A stretch of DNA of 64,000 bases from Carcharhinus longimanus (GCA_030264375.1 JASCQW010000043.1:43081463-43145462); one strand, 5' to 3'; positions 51,014-64,000 are shown, counted from the first letter of the stretch. The notes: generated by a model from the letters alone, not told the origin. Numbers and translations: made by a program.

Positions 51014-51156
51014 GGGCCGGATTCTCCAACCTCAGCTACAGTTGGGATTTTCCAGTCCCGCTGCAGTGAATGGAGATTTGACTGAAGGCCAAATTCTCCA
51101 TTCACGCTGGAAACAGCGGAGGGTGGGGAGAACATGAACAAACAAAGAATCCCGGC
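51014..51156. mobile_element. Short MITE-like element
   Basis: Ends gggccggattctcc / agaatcccggc, with internal palindrome gtgaatggaga..tctccattcac. Confidence 0.6.
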
Positions 51157-51860
51157 TGCAGTCATTGTAGTGATGTAGTCAGGGAGCCACTATGACACCC
51201 AATTAAGGACGGAGGTGATTTCTGAAGGGAATTTAAGAAACATTCACTTTAAAAACGACACAGCTGCCAGCTGCATTAGGTGCGATCAGAAGTTGGGTGG
51301 ATAGGTGGGGGTGAGGTTGACCCTAGGAAGATGGCATGCTGGCCCAACACCCCCACCCATGCTGTCACCTGCCACCAGTTTTCCAATTTCAATCCTACAG
51401 CTGATGCAAAAAAATTCTGCTTGTTAGAAAAATTAAGGTCTCCGGTATCAGAGCAAATATATTAGCATAAGTACAAAGTTAGCTAACAAACAAGAATAAA
51501 GAATTTGATTACATGGGTGATACTCAAACTGGAGAAGAATTTGAAATTTGCAATATCCCAAAGGGTCAGTGCAAGATTCCCTGATATTTTCGATATGTAG
51601 ACAATTAGGGAAAAATGTATTCAAGATTCCCAGATACATTTTGATTGACTCCACAGTTGGTGAATTAATTGTACTGTAGTTAATCTCCGAAAACAAGAAG
51701 GTTCGCAGCTTTATAAGTAAAGGAAAAGAGCACACAGGAATATGCACAGTAACACGTGACTCCAGCATTCTGCATTAATGTATAAAATACTGAAAGCACT
51801 GAGAAAATTAGCCAATCTATCCAAAAATGTACTGTAGTTTAATTCCATCCACACACTTAA

Positions 51861-52216
51861 CATAGAATCATAGGATCCCTACAATGTAGAAAGATACAAT
51901 CCAGCCCATCGAGTCTGCACTGACTCTCTGTAGGAGCATCCCACCCAGGCCCTGCCTGCTGTCCAATCCCTGTAGCCCCCCACATTTACCATGGTTAATC
52001 CACCTAACCTCACATATTTGGACACTAAAGGGAAATTTAGAATAACCAATCCACCTAAGCCCACATCTTTGCAGTGAGGGAGCAAACCAGAGCATGCGGG
52101 GGAAACCCAGGCAGATACCGGGAGAACATGCAAACTTCACACAAATAGTCACCTGAGGCTGGAATTGAACCCAGGTACCTGACATTGTGAGGCAGCAGTG
52201 CTAACCACCATGCCGC
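51861..52216 (-). mobile_element. HE1-like V-SINE (CR1-type tail)
   Basis: catagaatcataggatccctacaatgtagaa..gtgaggcagcagtgctaaccaccatgccgcc. Confidence 0.88.
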
Positions 52217-52244
52217 CTGTGGACTTCTCGCACAAGTTAATAAA

Positions 52245-52410
52245 GTAAAGTTTATTTATTAATCACAAGTAGGCTGACATTCACATTGTAATGAAGTTAC
52301 TGTGAAAATCCCAAAGACGTGCAGGTTAGGTGAATTGGCCATGATAAATTCTCCCTCAGTGCACCCAAACAGGTGCCTGAGTGTGGCGACTAGGAGACTT
52401 TTCACAGTTA
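52245..52410. mobile_element. Rearranged V-SINE (inverted tail joined to forward body)
   Basis: Minus-orientation tail 52245-52312 abuts plus-orientation caaagacgtgcaggttaggtg..gactaggagacttttcacag. Confidence 0.7.
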
Positions 52411-52985
52411 ATGCGTTCATGATAACTTATTGAGGGGATTTCTCAGCCGTACAAACTGCAAGACAGGAAATTCCTGTCCAAGGTCAATGAACCAAAGTTT
52501 TCAACCCATGTCTGCATCAGGTCCCAACTCTGCACACCATAATCATTGAGGCCTGGAGCACCACGAGTACACAATTCTTATTGCCAGCCCCTCCATCCTC
52601 TCTCTACACCCACATAGCTCCACACAGTCATGGAACTGCCTCAAACACACCAACAAATACACGGCCAATAATGGAAAACAAAACTGTAAAATATTGTCAC
52701 CAACACATTCCAGAAGTCCACTTCTCTCCATGAATGAAGAACTGCCTCATATTTAGTCTATTCCCACAGTTCCATGGTTTAATTTCATATTCCTAAGTCT
52801 GTAAAGCTGAAATAATCTATTAAAAGACATGGAACCCAGTCCTTTAGTTATTTTATATATTAACGTAGAGTGTCAATGTCATGTTATTTTACTGTTGATA
52901 AACAGTAAATTATTCTTTCACAGTGTGACACATTTTAATAATTGGTCATGTAGGCCTTTCTTCTGCTTCATCTTCTTTAATGATA

Positions 52986-53232
52986 CATAAGAACATAACA
53001 TAAGAACATAAGAAATAGGAGCAGGAGTAGGCCATCTAGCCCTTCGAGCCTGCCCCGCNNNNNNNNNNNNNNNNNNNNNNNNNNNNNNNNNNNNNNNNNN
53101 NNNNNNNNNNNNNNNNNNNNNNNNNNNNNNNNNNNNNNNNNNNNNNNNNNNNNNNNNNGACCAAAACTGCACACAATACTCCAGCTGTGGCCTCACCAAT
53201 GCCCTATACAGCTGCAACAAGACCTCCCTACT
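52986..53232 (-). mobile_element. Young CR1 LINE 3' part collapsed across a gap
   Basis: Same tail as 46661. LLQLYRALVRPQLEYCVQFW. Confidence 0.85.
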
Positions 53233-53310
53233 TCCCCCCTACATCCATGATGCATATTCACATTTCATAATTTTAGCATGGATAGAAATTACATTGCATT
53301 ATGTACTACC

Positions 53311-53610
53311 AGGGCGGCAGTGGTTAGCATTGATGCCTCACAGCACCATGGACCCAGATTCAATTCCCGGCTTGGGTCACTGTCTATGCGGAGTCTGCAC
53401 ATTTGCCCCTGTCTGCATGGGAGTCTCCTCCAGCTGTTCCAGTTTCCTCCCACAGTCTGAAAGACATGCAGGTTAGGTGCATTGGCCATGCAAAATTCTT
53501 CCCCAGTGTACCTGAGTAGGCACTGGAGTTTGGATACTAGGGCATTTTCACAGTAACTTCATTGCAGTGTTAATGTAAGCTTACTTGTGCAACTAATAAA
53601 TAAACTTTTA
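53311..53610 (+). mobile_element. V-SINE, alternative tail type
   Basis: gggcggcagtggttagcattgatgcctcacagc..ttaatgtaagcttacttgtgcaactaataaataaacttt. Confidence 0.88.
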
Positions 53611-55456
53611 AAAAATCTTTACAACATGTTTGTATGCACTAAGCTTCACCATTGAATGAAAAGTTTACGATTAGGAAGAAAAATGATACTCCACTTAATA
53701 GTTCAAACATTTGAAATGATTTATGCTTTTAGCTCCATCTGGTTTGTAATCTGATTTCCTGTTACTGAAATCTTTTCTACTTGTAAGACATATTTTAATA
53801 ATGGTCCTCATAAGCATAATGTATCACAGAACACCTCTAGAGATTTGTCACAAGGGATTGATAAACCTAAAACAAAACATAACCAATAGAGTAATAGTAC
53901 ACTTCCTGAAAATAAACTTTACACTTATTTTTAATAGCATGTTTGGGAAAAAAAAGTCACACAAATCAAACTACTTTCTCTGATTGAAAATTTAAGTGGC
54001 ACCATAGAAAATGAATGACCAGTTGATTTTACAAAGGGAAGTATATATTACTTTGTAAACTTCAAATGTTATATTGTGGCCATATTTTACAGGTGGCAAA
54101 ATTGACTTTCTGATACTTTCATAAGGAGGATTTAATCAACATAAATTTGAACTAACATCCAACGATATTTTGTTGGCTGCAAAGGTGAATGTTCCGCAAA
54201 GCTTGCTCTGGACGGCACCTCATTTTCCAGGTGGACTGACTCACAGCACAGCACTGCTTTCTGAAGCAATGGTAAAGGTTTTATCAGAAGATGTATTGGT
54301 TGCCTCGGGCCTCATTTACACTACAGTTGTAATCTAAATTTATTCCAGATTTACAGCCATTCTGATTTAAAATGCACCGTCTAAACAGAGCAGCTAAACA
54401 CAAGCTAGCACCAGTTCAGATAAAAAAAAATGACTGCTGTCTCACTTTTAGGGCTAAGCAGTCTAATCTGACTCTTCACTCACTTCTTGCTCCACAGTGC
54501 ATGGTAGTTTATGTGTCACATTGGTGAATTCATGTCTTTGATTCAAGATGGATGTGTGGTATAATCATTTGAGTCTAAATGCGGGATTGGTATACAGAAT
54601 ATCAACTGTGTACACAGACACAAATGATATTTTGTCTATTCCCCTGACTGACCGGACATTTGTCTCCAAATGTTGCATGCTGCGTTTAACAATTATGTGA
54701 GAGGTTTCTTTTTTATTTCTACAATATTGCTTCTTAGTATTTCTGTTCTGTTTTCTTCACATTGGTCCAAAGGGCATCACCTGACAAATGTTGCAATCAA
54801 TGTTACTAACCCTTTGGGACAAGGTGGTTAGGGATGATTTATATCTGAAAAAATCAGGTTACCTTTTCCATTTCATCCCCTGGTGAAAACCAATTTAATT
54901 GTTACATGCTATAATCATCAGTGGTTCTATTGTTATGATCTGAATTTTACTTCACTTGAACATAGCTAAGAAAAAAAAATGAGGAGAAGAAGCCCAGTAG
55001 TGTCTTTGTTATTTTCAAAACACTTATAAAATGTGCATGGCCACATGGTTTAAGAATATAGCTGCCTGAGAATGTCATTTCATTAAAGCGCATGAAAAGA
55101 TGAGCTAATTATGATGCATCTGTGATCAGCATCCTTTCACAATTCTCAAGCAGCTAACTTATGGGGCCAGATTATCCTCAGAAATCGGGCTCCCCAGGCC
55201 CCAGGGCAAATATCGGGGGCAAGCTGGCTTACAGTTGGTTGCCTCACTGCACTTTAATTTTTCGGCTGATAAGCCATCAACTATTATGAGGTGAGACTTC
55301 TGTCCCTTTCCAGAAGGAGGTTCAGCCTCACAGAGCCTCATACAGCTGCTGGACCATCAGAGGCAGCTCTGTAGTACCGATTGCACCACTGGGGATGCTG
55401 GCCACTACCAGTACTGCAACTAGGCCAAGATGGAGGCATTCAGAGATTAACTTAAA

Positions 55457-55716
55457 ATCATGGAATCCTGACAGTGCTGAAAATGGCCATTCGGCCCATC
55501 AAGCCTGCACCAATAACAATCCCACCCAGTCCCTAGCCCTGTAACCCAATGTATTTACCTTACTAATCCCCATAATCTATACATCTTGGGGCACAAAGGG
55601 GCAATTTAGCTTGGCCAATCAACGTAACCCACCCATCTTTGGAGTGTGAGGGGTAACTGGAGCACCCAGAGGAAATCCACACAGACACAAGGAAAACGTG
55701 CAGACTCCACACAGAC
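55457..55716 (-). mobile_element. HE1-like V-SINE, 5'-truncated
   Basis: atcatggaatcctgacagtgctgaaaatggccattcggccc..gcagactccacacagac. Confidence 0.8.
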
Positions 55717-56011
55717 CTAGAACTCCAGATAAGTCCAGGATCACACCGGGACCAGGCTGGCAGGCCCTGGCAAGGAAAGTAGGGGGAATGTTGAACAGGG
55801 GTGGAGGTTGGCAGGAGGTAGGGTGCAGAGGGCATGTGGCAGGGTGGAGGGTAGATACAGAGAGGAAAACTGTGGCATTTGGACCTCTGATTGACGTTAA
55901 GGACCAGTTCACTGGTCAGCAGCCCGCAGGGTCAAACCTGTCAGTTTTATATTGAGTGCAGGCCTCTCCTGCTGCCTATTAAATCCGAATAGTCATGGGA
56001 TAAGGCTCTTA

Positions 56012-56500
56012 TATAGAACATAGAACATTACAGCGCTGTACAGGCCCTTCAGCCCTCGATGTTGCGCTGACCTGTGAAAACCAATCTAAAGCCCATCAAA
56101 CCTACACTATTCCAATATCATCCATGTGTTTATCCAATGACCATTTAAATGCCCTGAATGTTGGCGAGTCCACTATTGCTGCAGGCAGAGCATTCCACGC
56201 CCTTACTACTCTCTGAGTAAAGAACTTACCTCTGACATCAGGCCTATATCTACCACCCCTCAATTTAAAGCTATGTCCCCTCGTGCTGACCACTTCATCC
56301 GAGGAAAAGGCTCTCACTGTCCACCCTATCTAATCCTCAGATCATCTTGTATGCCTCTATTAAGTCACCTCTTAACCTTCTTCTCTCTAATAAAAACAGC
56401 CTCAAGTCCCTCAGCCTGTCCTCATAAGACCTTCCCATCATACCAGGCAACACCCTGGTAAATCTCCTCTGCACCCTTTCCAATGCTTCCATATCCTTCA
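56012..56500 (-). mobile_element. CR1 (HER1-like) LINE 3' fragment
   Basis: KDMEALERVQRRFTRVLPGM..SYEDRLRDL..RRLRGDLIEAYKMI; TRGHSFKLRGGRYR..FFTQRVVRAWNALP; (tagaaca)n tail. Confidence 0.9.
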
Positions 56501-56767
56501 ATCTCATGTGGTAACAGTGGGGATGATGACTGCCTGTTGCCGTGCTGTGAGAATCAGCAAACTCCTCTTGGATGCATACTGAACAAGATTGCATGGAAAT
56601 CACTTTCACTTCCATGCCTATTATCAAACTTGTGTTCAGAATGGAAAATTCCATCCATTATCTCCTTCTTAGAGGGTATAATTTATTTAATCACTTATGT
56701 AACACATTCCTATCCTCATGTGATTATATTTACTGAGTGTTCAAATGTCTTGTTGAGAACGCTGTTG

Positions 56768-57064
56768 AGAATCCCTACAGTGCAGAAGGAGGTCATTTGA
56801 CCCATCAAGTCTGCACCCATCCAGGCCCTATCCCCTAACCTCATATATTTACCCTGCTAATCCTCCTGACACTAAGGGACAATTTAACATGGCCAATAAA
56901 CCTAACCCGCACATCTTTGGACTGTGGGAGGAGACCGGAACACCCAGAGGAAACCCACGCAGACACAGGGAGAATGTGCAAACTCCACACAGACAGTGAC
57001 TGGAGGCTGGAATTGAACATGGGACCCTGCCGCTGCAAGACAGCAGTGCGAACCACTGTGGCAC
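56768..57064 (-). mobile_element. HE1-like V-SINE (CR1-type tail)
   Basis: agaatccctacagtgcagaaggagg..gcagtgcgaaccactgtggcac. Confidence 0.88.
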
Positions 57065-58207
57065 TGGGCTGTCCATGTCTTGCTTCATGAAATGAAGGGC
57101 TCACAGCAGAAACGTTCGTGGAGACTGAATTGCTCTGTGTGGAAAACATTATGGAGAGTTCTGGAGAGTATTAAACCTGTCAAATGAAAATGAGAAAATG
57201 ACGATGAGAAATTAGAAAACAACATTTAGATAGCAATTTGCATCAGGAATACTACAAACTCAAAAAAAAACCATAAAATATTTTTACTTCTGTGGATGGA
57301 AGTTGATTTCTTGTCTATATGATTTTTTTTCAGTCAGTTGTGACAGCAAGATTAAAATATACTATCACTTTTGTACATCTACTGGGAAAATTATAACTAT
57401 CGTGGACTATATGATTTTTAAAAAATCAATATAAATTGTTCTTCATTCCGAATAAATATACCTTTGATTGTATTGTATGAGTTGGCTGTGTTTGTCAATT
57501 TTCAGTAAAGCAGTTGGTTAAATGTTGTACCAAATAAATATTTAACAGCTCTACTGGTACTGACGCCCATTCAATTTATCTATTCCTCCAGGTGTCAACT
57601 CTTCACCCACCATTCAATCTCATCTTGTTCAATTATCTGATATTTGGTACTTAAGTACTTTAGGTAATCTTCCTCCTGTATCAGATAATAAGGCAGAAAT
57701 CACATTACCTGTAATGTGCAAGAGATTACCATTGTAAGGCCAAGATGGCCACTTGTGATATCTCAGTTATTCATGTGCCAGGAATGTCCTCCACACAGTG
57801 TTACCATATGATGACTATGTGTGGCTAAGATTACTCAGGTTTCATTGGCAGCAAAGTGACATTGTAACTTAAGATTTTTTGAATTGAATTATACTCAGTC
57901 ATGATGGAACAAAGCCTAATATTGCTTTCCCCTGTTAATGTTACCAAAAAAAAAGTTAGGACACTTGGTAAATGAAATAGAAAAAAAACCCAACTTAACA
58001 GGAATTATGCTCTGATGTTTTACATTCTGGTTAATTTTCAGGGAGTTGAGCTCTCTAACTGCAATCAGGGGAAGGTACCATTTTCTGTGTTTCTGGAGGA
58101 ATGGGTACTACAATTCGTGATTTTTCATGGTTGGATTTTGCAGATTGTAGGTTTAGGGGTCAGAAAAGATACCTCCTCAGTCCTTTATCACTGACATCTG
58201 GCACTGG

Positions 58208-58522
58208 TACAGTGGCACAGTGGTTAGCACTGCTGCCTTACAGTGCCAGGGATAAAGGTTCAATTCCAGCCTCAGGTGACTGTCTGTGTGGAGTCCATAT
58301 GTTCCCCCTGTGTCTGTGTGGCTTTCCTCTGGGTGCTCTGGTTTCCTCCCATATTCCGAAAATGTGTGAGTTATGTTGATTGGCATGTTCAATTGCCCCT
58401 TAATGTCACTGGGATTAGCAGGGTAAATACATAGGATTATGAGGAAAAGGTCTTGGGTGGGATTGTTGTCAGAGTGGGTTTGATGGGCTGAATGGCCTCT
58501 TTCTGCATTTTAGAGATTCTAT
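58208..58522 (+). mobile_element. HE1-like V-SINE (CR1-type tail)
   Basis: acagtggcacagtggttagcactgctgcc..gaatggcctctttctgcattttagagattctat. Confidence 0.88.
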
Positions 58523-58958
58523 TCAGTACCAATTGTTTGTGCTTGAGGTCTAGGAAGCAGAGTGGCCTTGAGTAAAAGCAAAGTCAAATAAGTAGCCTTG
58601 CGTGTTGGTGGGAAGATTATTGAAGGATCAAACTGAGTGCAGAAGTCAAAGGTGAGAGTTGGGTAAGCTTATATATGGACTGAAGTAACTGAGGTATTAG
58701 GGGTTGTTTAGTGCAAAGGCTGTGGGAGGAGAAAAGGGGCATCATCCCAAAAAGAACAATAGGACAGGTATTGCAGGACAGGATACAAGACTGTTGAGTG
58801 AGAAGTGGAAAGAGAGATTGGAGTTGAGGTAATTGAGGGGGGGAAAGAGAGGTTGTATNNNNNNNNNNNNNNNNNNNNNNNNNNNNNNNNNNNNNNNNNN
58901 NNNNNNNNNNNNNNNNNNNNNNNNNNNNNNNNNNNNNNNNNNNNNNNNNNNNNNNNNN

Positions 58959-59585
58959 TTCACGTGCGGCCGCATCAGAGTTTTGTACAGCTGCAACATG
59001 ACCTCAGGGCTCCGAAACGCAATCCCTCTACCAATAAAAGCTAATGCTTTCTTAACAACCCTATCAACTTGGGTGCCAACTTTCGGGGATCTATGCAGAT
59101 TGACACCGAGATCTCTCTGCTCATCCATACTACCAAGTAACTTACCATTAGCCCAGTACTCTGTATTCCTTTTATTCCTTCCAAAGTGAATCACTTCACA
59201 CTTTTCCATATTAAACTCCATTTGCCTCTCAGCCCAGCTCTACAGCTTATCTATGTCTCTCTGTAACTTGCAACATCCTTCCGCACTGTCCACACCTTCA
59301 TCAACTTTAGTGTCATCCGCAAATTTACTAATCCATCCTTCATCTAGGTCATTTATAAAAATGACAAATGGCAGTGGCCCCAAAACAGATCCTTGTGGTA
59401 CACCACTAGCAACTGAACTCCAGGATGAACATTTCCCATCAACCACCACCCTCTGTCTTCTTTCAGCTCACCAATTTCTGATCCAAACCGCTAAATCACC
59501 CTCAATCCCATGCCTCTGTATCTTCTGCAATAGTTTACCGTGGGAAACCTTATCAAACGCTTTGCTGAAATCCATGTACACTACT
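58959..59585 (-). mobile_element. CR1 LINE RT fragment
   Basis: [34 protein letters not shown]; MEFNMEKCEVIHFGR..EQRDLGV. Confidence 0.9.
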
Positions 59586-59847
59586 TTCAACAGTTTGTAT
59601 TTGTTATCTTAGTGATGCTTATCCAGCTTTGTGGGTAATATGGAAATTCTGTTAATTACCTACCTTAATGAGTCAGGAAGTTCATGGAAAGAGTACATGT
59701 GTTTTTTTCAATGATAAACCAATTGCTATTCCCAGAAATATGACCATCTCAATCCAAACTGTAACTTTAATCCGTGTTAGTTATTTGCTTCCATCACCAC
59801 TTGTTCCTTTTTTTCCGCTGAATGCCAATAATGTAGAAATCTTTCAT

Positions 59848-60123
59848 TTTATTTATTAGTCACAAGAAAGCTTGTGCAATGAAGTTACTGTGAAAATCCC
59901 TTAGTCACCACGCTCCGGCGCCTGTTCGGGTACACTGAGGAAGAATTTAGCATGGCCAATCCACCTAACCATCACATGTTTCAGATTGGGGAAGGAAACC
60001 AGAGCACGTGGAGGAAACCCACTCAGACACAGGGAGAATGTATAGACTCCACACAGACAGTGACACAAGCAGAAAATCGAACACAGTGGGGCAGTGAGGT
60101 AGCAGTGCTGACCACTGTGCCAC
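59848..60123 (-). mobile_element. V-SINE, alternative tail type
   Basis: tttatttattagtcacaag..gaagttactgtgaaaatcccttagtcaccacgctccggcgcctgttcggg..gtgctgaccactgtgccac. Confidence 0.85.
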
Positions 60124-60887
60124 GCCTAAATCTGCTGCTAGATTCTCAAATGCAGTGAGGTTTGAAGATGAAATTTTTTCAGAAACTGCATTTGCATGAT
60201 TCTCAGAGTTATTAATAAGGATAAATCAGGGAGCCTTTTTTTTTAATGTGATGTTTTCTTCCAAGCATATGTGAGTTAGACTGGAGCGCTTTTATGAAAC
60301 AATTCTGCGGATTGTTCATGTTTTCTGTTTGTGCTATTGTGTTATCATTGCCAAATCAAGGGGATTTTTTTTTGTGCACGATGCCTGAAATGGGAGTTGC
60401 AAGCAATCAGTAGTATAGAGAGGTTAAAGTATCATTCAAATTGCACAACCCACTGACTTTTTGTGCTGTTCCAAAAAGAGCTCTGAAGATGTTTGACTAT
60501 ATTTGACTATACAATCCCATATTTTATGTTGAGTTGTGATGGAAGAATGAGCAGCAACCTGATTTTGTGCCATATTGTGTGAGCTGTACACATTGAAATA
60601 CCAAAAGACTTTTTGACGTCTGTGAAGCCACCCTCTGCAAGTGATCTTGAAATGTAAGAAACTGCTTAGTTTATATTGCACCTTAATGTAATTGAAAACA
60701 GTGGCCAGGATTTTTGATTGCGGCCATATCAGAGGTGGGCAAGCAATGCAATGTGTCACTGCTGGTCACTGTGCCAGAGGCGGCCATGATCCCCACCCTG
60801 AGAAAATAACAATGAAGATGGCTCAGGATTGGATTAGCTGCCTGCCATGACACATAAATGCATAATTCTTTCTTTAGTTTAAACAAT

Positions 60888-61109
60888 GGATGGAATTCTC
60901 TGCTCCTCCTACCTCTATCCCTGCCCTCTGGCAGCATGTTTCTCGGCAGCGGGGAGCGTCCCACCATTGGCTGACAGTAGGATCTTCCAGTCCCACCAAT
61001 GGGATTTCTCATTGAATCCACCCACCATTGCTGGGAAACAAGTGGTGGGGATTTGCTCTCGGTGGGACCAGAAGATGCTGCCAGTGGGAAAAGTGGGATT
61101 TTCCAACCC
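60888..61109. mobile_element. Harbinger-type MITE, about 220 bp
   Basis: Ends ggatggaattctc / gattttccaaccc, flanked by aat..aat. Reverse-complement relative of 6000-6191 (caatgggaaatcccattg core). Confidence 0.65.
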
Positions 61110-62064
61110 AATAATTGATTCAGGTTCTGATCTGGGCATCCTTTAAACATGGCGCTGTGACCTCAGTGCAGCCAGGCTCTACCATGTGTTTATGCCCCAC
61201 CCCCTGCATGACAGCATCAAACACACCAGCTTTTTGTTTTGACAGAGTGTAGTAAGATCTGGAGAATAAACCAACATGAAACACACCCAGAACCAACACA
61301 CTGCTAAATTCTGTTAAAAATGCCCCCATGATGAACAAGTAGTTCTCCTGAAACATGGACAGGGCCAGTGAATGGCAGTTGTGTGTCACTGTCAGGTTCT
61401 AGACGCCTAGTTTCTGTCAGTCTCTGTGAACACACCTGATGATGCTGTTTCAGCCTGCATCTTGAGTGCTATTGTGGAACAGAATGGCTGTGCCAACCGT
61501 CAGGTTCCTATAGTGTCAAAGAAAAGGGAGAGGGATAGCCGTGGAGGGACTTTCAGGAGGGAGAAAATAGTTATCCACAGTCTATTCATAGTTTGCGTCA
61601 ATCTTTCCCTTCTCCTGCCCTCTCTGTGACCCTGGATGTAGGTCTGAACATTGTTGGTTCACATGACTGGATTGGCAAGAGTGCATGTCGGACAGTATTT
61701 TGATTATTTGCTGGAACAATGTATCCTCTAAGCTTGTCCATATAGGCTGCAATAGTGTGGCCAAGATAACCAATCAGTGCACTGAGGAGAGATCCTAATA
61801 CGGGCCACAGGGCCTCAGCTGTGAGAGGCTGTATGGAATAGCTGGCACTCACTCCACTGTAATACCATGCAGCTGCACCTCAGATGTGTGATGGGTCCAC
61901 ACCCATATTTGTGACCTCAGTAAGGAAGCTGCTCGGTGCATCATTCATTAAATCTAATTGTCTAATTTGCTCCGAATTGTTTTTTAGAAATGGGACCAGG
62001 GAGATATGGATCTACAGCATGGATAGTTATTGGAGGCAACTCACCAGTTTTCCAAATGTGTAGG

Positions 62065-62232
62065 AATTGTATTTACATACCTTTCAGATCGTCGGGAAGT
62101 TCCAAAACACTTTACAGATAATGAAGTAATTTTGGGAAGGACGGCGTTGCAATATAGGAAATATGGCAGTCAGTTTTTGCACAGCAAATTCCACCAAACA
62201 ATAATGTGATTAAAAACCAGATTTTTTTTTGT
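62065..62232 (-). mobile_element. SacSINE1/DeuSINE-like 3' part
   Basis: ttgtatttacatacctttcagatcgtcgggaagttccaaaacactttacagataatgaagta..gcacagcaaattccaccaaacaataatgtgat. Confidence 0.6.
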
Positions 62233-62239
62233 GAGTTAT

Positions 62240-62530
62240 GTTAGGTCCTCTGCTTATTTTCCACACCTCGTGGTCATATACTTTCTCCTTCAGTTGACCA
62301 CAGGAGCATCCCATTTTCATTTTCAAGTTGTCTAAAATCATCATTCACTTTCTCCCTCTTTTTCTACATCTCTCTAACCTTCCTTCAAGTACCTCTTTCA
62401 ATAAGTTCTCAAGCCTCAGAATCTGACCGTTCCAACCCCATTGCCATTTTTTATTTGCCACATTCATGAACAATCTTTCCTCTTCTACCATCCTGAGAAC
62501 TTCTTCGTTATTCCTGTGCTCTCTCCCACA
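62240..62530 (-). mobile_element. RTE-clade LINE C-terminal fragment
   Basis: One frame with one stop: REHRNNEEVLRMVEEERLFMNVANKKWQWGWNGQILRLENLLKEVLEGRLERCRKRGRK*MMILDNLK..LKEKVYDHEVW. This follows the RTE NEEVL..GHILR..EG..RGR..W pattern. Confidence 0.75.
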
Positions 62531-63069
62531 TTTTTAAGGTTCTTTCCAAGACTTTGCACTGTGACTTTACCAGTTACTGTTGGGTAACAGTCAATGCTCA
62601 GAAGCATCTGGGCTATTGGACTGCAAGTTGGAGACTTTCAAATTATTTATCAACTCTAATTCTTCTGCTTGGACAACTTCTACTGAACAATGTATCCTCT
62701 TAGAAGACCATAACTGAAGATGTTCTTCTCGGTAGACAATTAAAATGCCTATGTAGATCTACCTAAGTGTTGGGCCTTCAACTTATAACCAACCAGAAAA
62801 ACAGCATAAAAAAAGCACACGTCAAAATTACAGCCATAGGAACTCTGCACTCATTTAAATTCTAGTTCTGTCCGTGTCTTACCAGGTGGATGAAGGCTAT
62901 ATCCTCCTCGCTACTCCCCCTCCCTCTGAAGTTTACTGTCAAAACATAATCTAATCTATTTCACACTAGTGATAAACCTGGAGGGCAAATTGGGTTCCAA
63001 GGGCTCAAATGACTCTGAAGTCAAACACAGTGAAATTAGTGCAAAGTTGAACATTATTTTTGCAACAAT

Positions 63070-64000
63070 GGGCCCTATTTTGTGGTAAAGTCGGGTATGA
63101 GGCCGTTAACGTGATCCGCACCCACATCCGTGCACTTTACCGAGACTCAGGAATGGCTACAATCCAACTCACGTCTGAAATGGGCTCAACGGTGATTTAA
63201 ATGCATTTGCCCAACCAACTTTATCAGCATTTTCCCCCTTATGACCGCCTTCATTGGTCCAGAATTGTGCCGAAATGAACATGCTGAATAAGAATTTGAA
63301 CTGGGCGATCCAGCTGCTGAAGAGGCGAGTTCAGAGCTTACAATGGCTCTCTGACTCAGATCGGGGATGGGGAGGGAGGGAGGCGGGTCAGGTCATTCTC
63401 TGGTTTGAGGGGAGGGGAGTGAGGCCAGATTGTTGTCTGGNNNNNNNNNNNNNNNNNNNNNNNNNNNNNNNNNNNNNNNNNNNNNNNNNNNNNNNNNNNN
63501 NNNNNNNNNNNNNNNNNNNNNNNNNNNNNNNNNNNNNNNNNNNNNNNNNNNNNNNNNNNNNNNNNNNNNNNNNNNNNNNNNNNNNNNNNNNNNNNNNNNN
63601 NNNNNNNNNNNNNNNNNNNNNNNNNNNNNNNNNNNNNNNNNNNNNNNNNNNNNNNNNNNNNNNNNNNNNNNNNNNNNNNNNNNNNNNNNNNNNNNNNNNN
63701 NNNNNNNNNNNNNNNNNNNNNNNNNNNNCAGGGCGTGCCATGGCCACTCTGCGGGCAAGGGGGGGCGGGGCGGAGGCAGGGGGTCACGATCAGTCTGGGG
63801 CGTTGGAGGGTGGGTGGATAAGGAGGACAGTGATGTCTGTGAGGACCATCACTCCAGCTTTTCATTCCCGGGCTGCATTCTCTGCTTTTTGCTGCCCCGG
63901 AGTGATCTGACACGGGCACGCATTTTCAAATCTTTTTCTAACTGCGCATGCTCAGTTCAGAGCTCCGATTGTTTTGGGCACGCTAAGCCTCACCCACAGC
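63070..64000. mobile_element. GC-rich non-autonomous element running off the window, with a gap
   Basis: Starts gggccctatttt. Contains tttaaatgcatttg and actgcgcatgctc motifs and is CpG-rich, like 26195-27014. Confidence 0.5.

Noticed and set aside
61130-61960. GC-moderate block with several short ORFs, possibly a transposon coding remnant
   Set aside because: No motif I could assign to a family, so it is left unannotated.
63254-63919. Long ORFs of 119-218 aa
   Set aside because: Open only because they run through an N gap.

Overview
Repeat-rich eukaryotic genomic DNA from a cartilaginous fish. The evidence is HE1-type V-SINEs, HER1/CR1 LINEs and SacSINE/DeuSINE-like tails; a carcharhiniform/triakid shark is plausible but is inference. 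It is a draft assembly with many N gaps. The only host gene I can support is SGSH (N-sulphoglucosamine sulphohydrolase/sulfamidase): three minus-strand exons (35751-35591, 34631-34526, 33914-33764) of 161, 106 and 151 bp, matching human exons 2-4, with canonical AG/GT sites and an intact CSPSR sulfatase motif. Exon 1 and exons 5-8 are not visible, so this is an orphan exon island, a gap-hidden gene or a mis-join. The rest is a transposon landscape: a near full-length decayed CR1 LINE, a Rex1/Babar LINE, L2, RTE and Penelope-like fragments, a decayed two-ORF PIF/Harbinger transposon with many GGG..CCC-ended MITEs, about 16 V-SINE copies, two minisatellites and some repeat-free stretches that may be conserved non-coding elements. 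The most novel-looking signals are the SGSH island and a V-SINE with two alternative 3' tails, one CR1-like and one ending like the local Rex1/Babar LINE. I found no convincing wholly new biological system. Repeat family names come from recognition of motifs, not from a database search, and repeat boundaries are approximate.
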